Positions 8,418 through 12,430 of a DNA stretch of 12,430 nucleotides are shown here, one piece after another. How positions within the stretch are numbered: position 1 is the first letter of the stretch; every line of letters starts with the position of its first letter. The DNA is from a virus. The notes beneath the pieces were generated by a model. It saw only the letters and a program-made list of their open reading frames with translations, made no database searches and was not told the DNA's origin. The DNA lies in the UHGV virus genome UHGV-0392688; one strand, written 5' to 3'. Position numbers and translations under genes: made by a program.

Positions 8418-8437
8418 TACTGTGTTTGTATACAGTA
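8418..8437. promoter_or_regulatory. LexA (SOS) box 1
   Basis: TACTGTGTTTGTATACAGTA, i.e. CTGT-N8-ACAG with flanking TA/TA, close to the consensus TACTGTATATATATACAGTA. It is 14 bp upstream of the dinI-like start codon. Confidence 0.7.
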
Positions 8438-8445
8438 TTATTTTT

Positions 8446-8465
8446 AACTGTATAGATAAACAGTG
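8446..8465. promoter_or_regulatory. LexA (SOS) box 2
   Basis: AACTGTATAGATAAACAGTG, CTGT-N8-ACAG; it abuts the integrase stop codon (8466-8468). Confidence 0.6.
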
Positions 8466-9563
8466 TCAAGAGGCCTTATTTCTGCTCCTTTGGAGCTCTT
8501 CAAAACGATTATGTAAAGATTTCGGATACAGTTCGGTATATACCTGCCATAGCACGTTTAATGAACGATGCCCTGTAACCTGGGCGACTTCCTCAATACT
8601 AAAACCAGCCTCAAATAAGCGACTTGCCCCTTCTCTACGCAAATCATGGTATCGCAGATCTTTAATACCTAATTTGCTTCTTACCCTCTGGAATCCCGCA
8701 GTAACAGAAGTGCTGTTATATGGAAAAATGAATTCTGATTTTTTGGGTTGTCGTTGGACGATATCCCAGGCTTCCCCAAGCAAGGCTACTTTCATATGGT
8801 TGCCTTCCTTTTTACGTGGATCTTTCCTGTCTCTTACGAGTATGGATTTTTGTTCCTGATCGAGATCCTCCCATCGTAATCGGCATACTTCACCGATTCG
8901 CATACATGACCACACAGAAAATTTGAGGATATCAACGAACGGAATTTTTGAGCATTTATGTGTAGATCGTTGTTGAAGACCTTCAATGAGCATGTCCAGT
9001 TCATCAGATGCCGGTCTACGATTACGACGATTTGATTTACCAATTAAACCAAGTTTAAGTAGATATGGACGAGCGGCTTTTGCTGGGTTTGATGTGTAAT
9101 TAATTCCATATACAGGTTTGGCAGCATCCAGAACACTGCCAAGATAACTAACATCGTGGCTAACTGTAGCTGGACCTGCACCAGCGTTGTTTCTTAGCCT
9201 GCAATGTTCAATTACGTCATTTTCTGTCAGTTCAGATAGTTTGAGCGCGGAGACGTCACTATCCATAAGCAGTTCCAGCACATATCTTTTAGTACGGCCT
9301 GCTTTACCTCCGGCATTTGGGTCATTTAAATATTTGTGTAGTAAGTCACGGACTGTAAGTCCGTCAACTGCATTTGATGATGGAATGCCATATAGATCTA
9401 ATTCCATCACTTTCTGTGTGCCCCATGTTTTGGCATGAGCATGTTTAGGGAATGTTTTACTTTCCCTGTAAGTGATAACACCTTTTTCTTTGATAATCAC
9501 ATTACAGCGATAGCGTGGTGTGCCATCGGATTTTAGTCGTTTCTCTATGTTATAGTATGCCAT
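8466..9563 (-). CDS. int: Tyrosine site-specific recombinase (phage integrase)
   Basis: 365 aa. The C-terminal catalytic region has the R...HxxR...H...Y pattern (CMRIGEV..., RYHDLRREG, VTGHRSLNVLWQVYTEL). GAGG RBS 8 nt upstream of the ATG. Confidence 0.8.
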   Translation of the reverse strand: MAYYNIEKRLKSDGTPRYRCNVIIKEKGVITYRESKTFPKHAHAKTWGTQKVMELDLYGIPSSNAVDGLTVRDLLHKYLNDPNAGGKAGRTKRYVLELLMDSDVSALKLSELTENDVIEHCRLRNNAGAGPATVSHDVSYLGSVLDAAKPVYGINYTSNPAKAARPYLLKLGLIGKSNRRNRRPASDELDMLIEGLQQRSTHKCSKIPFVDILKFSVWSCMRIGEVCRLRWEDLDQEQKSILVRDRKDPRKKEGNHMKVALLGEAWDIVQRQPKKSEFIFPYNSTSVTAGFQRVRSKLGIKDLRYHDLRREGASRLFEAGFSIEEVAQVTGHRSLNVLWQVYTELYPKSLHNRFEELQRSRNKAS

Positions 9564-9583
9564 TACACGACCTCGTTATTTCG

Positions 9584-9606
9584 GGTTCCCATAAAACGTG
9601 GGAACC
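9584..9606. promoter_or_regulatory. Perfect palindrome GGTTCCCA-N7-TGGGAACC just upstream of the integrase start (operator or protein-binding site candidate)
   Basis: 8-bp arms with a 7-bp spacer, 21-43 bp upstream of the int ATG. Further GGGAACC copies at 9612-9618 and 9810-9816, with TGGGAACCTGT repeated at 9599-9609 and 9809-9819. Confidence 0.4.
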
Positions 9607-10009
9607 TGTGCGGGAACCTAACGCGAGAAAAATAGCCTGAAATGTTCAAAAATGCACGATAATCATGAAACACAAAAAATTAATCAAACCAGCGTGATGC
9701 CTGAAAAAACTGGTGTTTACTGGAATTCTCGGTTTAGCATTGCTCCTATGCTCGATAGGATGTACCGTTGTTGAAAAACAACTAGTTATACACTTTGTGG
9801 GAGCCTATTGGGAACCTGTTATTCTTAGAAAGCATCATTTGCTCATCACTTCAATTGACCATGATTAAAGCCAGCTATAAACTTGACAAACAAGGTAACT
9901 AGTTGCTTAGGCCTAAGTGGGCACACCATAAGAAGCGCATGTTGGTGATGAAGCAACCTATGAAGAATCAAGAATAATTACAAAGTTCACTATCTTTGAG
10001 GTTTCTTAT

Positions 10010-10582
10010 ATGTTTTGCGAAGAAAAAGTAGCTCAAATGGCTGCATACCTACTTCTTAAGCGAGGTGGGCGCATGGCATATCTGAAATTGATGAAGCTGC
10101 TCTATCTGTCTAACCGCAAGTCGATTTTGAAGCATGGCAGGATGATCGGCGAAGATAGCCTTTACTCTATGAAATTTGGTCCAGTCATGTCGAATACGCT
10201 GAACTTGATTCGTGGTAAGGCTGAAGGCATTGGTGACTACTGGTACAACTTGATAGAGACGAACGGGCATGATGTGTTGTTGCGTTCAGATCCGAGGGAA
10301 ATGGATGCAGACGAGGTCTTTGATGAGTTGAGCCGTGCAGATATCCGGATTTTAGATGAAATCTATTCTCTGTATGGGCATATGAACCGATTTGATCTCG
10401 CAAACATGACGCATTTAGAAAGCGTTTGTCCAGAGTGGCACAATCCTGGCAATTCTCGTAAGCCTATAGACCTGAAAGAAATGCTGATCAGTGAGGGTAA
10501 AAGCGAGGATGAGGCTAATCGTATAATTGGCAAAATGGAAGAATCTCAGAAACTTAAGGAATTTTCTTTGCAATTATCATGA
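10010..10582 (+). CDS. Panacea-domain (DUF4065, SocA/GepA-like) protein, candidate antitoxin or sensor of a two-gene module
   Basis: 190 aa. The N-terminal half (...AAYLLLKRGGRMAYLKLMKLLYLSNRKS...MKFGPV...) matches the DUF4065/Panacea pattern. GAGG RBS 9 nt upstream. Stop overlaps the next ATG (ATGA at 10579-10582). Confidence 0.6.
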   Translation: MFCEEKVAQMAAYLLLKRGGRMAYLKLMKLLYLSNRKSILKHGRMIGEDSLYSMKFGPVMSNTLNLIRGKAEGIGDYWYNLIETNGHDVLLRSDPREMDADEVFDELSRADIRILDEIYSLYGHMNRFDLANMTHLESVCPEWHNPGNSRKPIDLKEMLISEGKSEDEANRIIGKMEESQKLKEFSLQLS

Positions 10583-10995
10583 CGGATTATCAGCCATACA
10601 GGAAAGGAACTGTGCTTGCCCCAACTGGGCCATGCAATCATCTTCATGTGATTTGTAATGATCCTGTTTATTACCCCGTTAACGATTGTTATTGTGTTTT
10701 AGTTGTTAATATTTCTAGTATCAAGGATGGTGTCCCCCACGATCCGTCTTGCGTCTTGAATTCTGGTGATCATCGCTTTATCAAGCATCCAAGTTATGTT
10801 GTTTACGCTGAAGCTATAATTTGGCGAGTGGATAACATGGTTAGAAAGCAGCGATCGGGTGAGATTTCTGTTCATGATGATATGCCAGAAGCTACATTCA
10901 ATAGAATTCTGGACGGTTTTGATATATCTGATGAAGTTACGCCAAAGAACCTTAAATTTAAAAATAAATATTGCGTATCATCTATTGATGATTAG
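10579..10995 (+). CDS. Hypothetical 138-aa protein, candidate toxin/effector partner of the Panacea-domain protein
   Basis: Coupled to the upstream gene by a 4-bp ATGA overlap. AT-rich coding sequence. His/Cys-rich N-terminal half (NHLHVICND..., CYCVLVV, HDPSCVL, DHRFIKH) and acidic C-terminus. I do not recognise any family. Confidence 0.5.
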   Translation: MTDYQPYRKGTVLAPTGPCNHLHVICNDPVYYPVNDCYCVLVVNISSIKDGVPHDPSCVLNSGDHRFIKHPSYVVYAEAIIWRVDNMVRKQRSGEISVHDDMPEATFNRILDGFDISDEVTPKNLKFKNKYCVSSIDD

Positions 10996-11037
10996 TAAAC
11001 AACAGGAATTTTTTCGGTATAGCTTCTGGAGTTTTCT

Positions 11038-11211
11038 ATGGAAGATCAAAAAGCAACCAAGCCACAGGTTAAGTTCGACACAATGAAAGCATTCGCAGGT
11101 ATGGGGGCTGCTGTTGAAGTTCTGATGAAGGCTGTTCCTAATGCGTTCACTCACGCTACTGTCTCTGGTAAAGAGCAGCAGGGTAAGCTTCGTCGTCGCA
11201 AAGCAGCATGA
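11038..11211 (+). CDS. Small 57-aa protein (MEDQKATKPQVKFDTMKAFAGMGAAVEVLMKAVPNAFTHATVSGKEQQGKLRRRKAA), unknown function
   Basis: Not in the ORF track. ATG at 11038 with GGAG at 11028-11031 (6-nt spacer), TGA at 11209-11211, and a strong terminator 20 bp downstream. Same strand as the Panacea pair. Confidence 0.4.
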   Translation: MEDQKATKPQVKFDTMKAFAGMGAAVEVLMKAVPNAFTHATVSGKEQQGKLRRRKAA

Positions 11212-11230
11212 TCATAGCTGGTGCTTTTTG

Positions 11231-11260
11231 AAAACCCGCCTTCAGGCGGGTTTTTTCTTT
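11231..11260. terminator. Bidirectional rho-independent terminator
   Basis: AAAA CCCGCC TTCA GGCGGG TTTTTTCTTT: a 6-bp GC stem with A-run and T-run flanks, between the convergent small ORF (+) and PrtN-like gene (-). Confidence 0.75.
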
Positions 11261-11540
11261 AGTGATGTTCTTTGCCCTTCTGTTTGACTGTTCTGACCTG
11301 TTCCCACTCGATACGTCCTTCTTCTCGCCTTTTGTCTATGTATTCCGCAAGATCCTGAATATTGATGCAACGTTTTGCTTTTTGTGATGTGCCGATGCGA
11401 TATGTTGGAACGGGCAACTTACAAGCGTTTGCTTTTGCTTCTGCCGTGGCTGGACTCATACCAAAGTACTTTTGGCTAACTGCTGAGAGTTCAATGTTTG
11501 GGGTATTGAATTCAGCCATCAGTAAAAACAAGGTGTTCAT
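11259..11540 (-). CDS. PrtN-family small DNA-binding protein (possible excisionase-like or transcriptional activator)
   Basis: The ORF track extends to 11567, but the ATG at 11540 (MNTLFLLMAEF...) has a GGAG RBS 8 nt upstream and gives a 93-aa product. The N-terminus resembles PrtN/pyocin-activator-type proteins by eye. Lies in the leftward operon toward int. Confidence 0.45.
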   Translation of the reverse strand: MNTLFLLMAEFNTPNIELSAVSQKYFGMSPATAEAKANACKLPVPTYRIGTSQKAKRCINIQDLAEYIDKRREEGRIEWEQVRTVKQKGKEHH

Positions 11541-11576
11541 AATTTTCTCCATCAAAACCGGCTGCACCCGGGAAAA

Positions 11577-12149
11577 TCATAATTCTGTGCTGGTGGCAGG
11601 AATTAATTTCTGCCAGATAGCGGAAACATATTTTGCCTGATGACGGGCATCAGCCAGGGCGTTGTGCCGTTCGCCATCGAAAGGCATGTCCATTTTGGGG
11701 TCGAATCCGATGGAACGCCCAAGCGTAACGATCGTGCGTACATCGTGGTCATTCCAGTACGCCCACGGGCAGATTTGTCCTGCTCGCTCGTAAGCTCCAC
11801 GTAAAATTACGTTGTCGAAGGTGGCCCCGTTACCCCAGACTTTTAAATATTTTGTATTGTCTGCATGCTGATTAATGAAATGGCTCAGTTCAGAGAGTGC
11901 ATCGCTGATCGACAAAGTATCATCAATACATATTGCAGCTCGTGCTTCAGAGCTCTGTTTCAACCACCACAGGATGGTATCGCCGTCAGGTGTAGCTCCT
12001 TGCTTCATAGCACTGTCCAAGCTGACAACCGTATAGAATTCTTGTCCGATGTCTCCTGTTTCTAGGGTGAAGAACACCGCGCCAATGGAAACGATCGGCG
12101 CGTCCTTATTTTTCCCCATCGTCTCAAGGTCGATCATTAAGTTGTTCAT
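11577..12149 (-). CDS. DnaQ-like 3'-5' exonuclease (DEDDh family), prophage exonuclease
   Basis: The ATG at 12149 has an AGGAGGT RBS; the track's 12152 start is a GTG. Motifs: IDLETMG (Exo I, D-x-E), GNGATFDNVIL (Exo II) and HNALADARH (Exo III, H-x4-D). Start overlaps the upstream stop by 1 nt (TGATG). Confidence 0.65.
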   Translation of the reverse strand: MNNLMIDLETMGKNKDAPIVSIGAVFFTLETGDIGQEFYTVVSLDSAMKQGATPDGDTILWWLKQSSEARAAICIDDTLSISDALSELSHFINQHADNTKYLKVWGNGATFDNVILRGAYERAGQICPWAYWNDHDVRTIVTLGRSIGFDPKMDMPFDGERHNALADARHQAKYVSAIWQKLIPATSTEL

Positions 12150-12430
12150 CACTTCACCTCCTGCGGCGGTTCCGGTAGCGGCATCCAGTGAGTTGCTTGC
12201 TCAATACCATTACCCGGCTTAATCGTTGCATCTCCGCGCCGAAAGGTGCTTCCGGTATAGCGTGCGGAGCATATTAGCGGTTCAACCAGAGAGCTATCGA
12301 AATTCACCGAAATAAGCACGTTCTGGCCCTTTTCAGGCATTCTATCACTACAGCTTATCCAACTATCCGGAGTTACCGGAGAGTTGCCCGATAGCTGGTT
12401 CAACTTGTAAGTTTGGCTTACAGGTTCGGC
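12149..12430 (-). CDS. DUF551-domain phage protein, 5' end probably outside the window
   Basis: The minus-strand frame is open to the window edge; the track's start at 12403 is a TTG. ...WISCSDRMPEKGQNVL... and the C-terminal HWMPLPEPP match the DUF551 pattern. Confidence 0.5.
   Translation of the reverse strand, partial: AEPVSQTYKLNQLSGNSPVTPDSWISCSDRMPEKGQNVLISVNFDSSLVEPLICSARYTGSTFRRGDATIKPGNGIEQATHWMPLPEPPQEVK

Larger units (their letters stand above)
1..12430. mobile_element. Temperate phage / prophage segment: Mu-like baseplate and tail-fibre module, invertase, integrase, cargo island, early-left operon
   Basis: Gene content and order (baseplate genes, invertible tail-fibre cassette with serine invertase, tyrosine integrase, PrtN-like/exonuclease/DUF551 genes). 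Inferred from the translated ORFs; no host flanking sequence is visible to define ends. Confidence 0.75.

Noticed and set aside
8422-8859. 145-aa plus-strand ORF (plus 8834-9043 - and 9187-9438 +) overlapping the integrase
   Set aside because: Antisense or out-of-frame within the integrase gene; the 8422 start also sits inside the LexA boxes and dinI leader. No support as independent genes.
9768-9786. Small hairpin GTTGTT-GAAA-AACAAC in the int / cargo intergenic region
   Set aside because: Short 6-bp A/T-containing stem with no flanking U-tract and no obvious association with a gene end; likely incidental.
10859-11086. 75-aa + strand ORF overlapping the end of the 138-aa partner gene and the small-ORF start (also 10049-10270 - and 10185-10403 - inside the Panacea gene)
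   Set aside because: Out-of-frame overlap with better-supported genes, no RBS, and a low-complexity translation from AT-rich sequence. The 11038-11211 ORF with a strong RBS is preferred for this interval.
11541-11567. Longer N-terminal extension of the PrtN-like gene (start at 11567, MQPVLMEKI...)
   Set aside because: The upstream ATG has no Shine-Dalgarno, whereas the ATG at 11540 has GGAG at the right spacing; the extension would also run to within 10 bp of the exonuclease stop. The longer form is not excluded.
11362-12065. Plus-strand ORFs 11362-11640 and 11865-12065, and minus ORF 11603-11800, overlapping the PrtN-like and exonuclease genes
   Set aside because: Antisense or alternative frames of a minus-strand operon whose genes carry recognisable motifs and coupled start/stop overlaps.
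1-12430. CRISPR arrays, rRNA or tRNA genes
   Set aside because: No regularly spaced direct repeats with unique spacers were seen. No stretch has the conserved features of rRNA, and I found no convincing cloverleaf-like GC-rich 75-90 nt segment, including next to the integrase. Without a tRNA scanner this absence is not certain.

Overview
This window reads as a contiguous stretch of a temperate phage or prophage from an enterobacterial host, laid out in vegetative (lambda-map-like) order. From left to right: a Mu-like baseplate/tail module on the + strand (N-like, P-like hub, spike, GP46-like, baseplate J-like, DUF2313), then a short tail-fibre gene whose 3' half lies inside a roughly 1.8-kb invertible host-range cassette with a Hin/Gin/Pin-family invertase beside it. 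Next come a dinI-like gene preceded by two LexA boxes, a tyrosine integrase, and then an AT-richer cargo island on the opposite strand to its neighbours. Last is a leftward early operon (PrtN-like DNA-binding protein, DEDDh exonuclease, DUF551 protein). The cargo island is the most interesting part: a Panacea/DUF4065-type gene overlaps by 4 bp (ATGA) a 138-aa ORF I cannot assign to any family, followed by a 57-codon ORF missing from the ORF track and a bidirectional terminator. I read it as a candidate toxin-antitoxin or anti-phage module with a possibly new effector. All protein-family calls are by-eye motif recognition on the supplied translations; no database search was run, and the gene symbols pin, dinI and int are family labels rather than verified orthologues. 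I saw no CRISPR array, rRNA or obvious tRNA.
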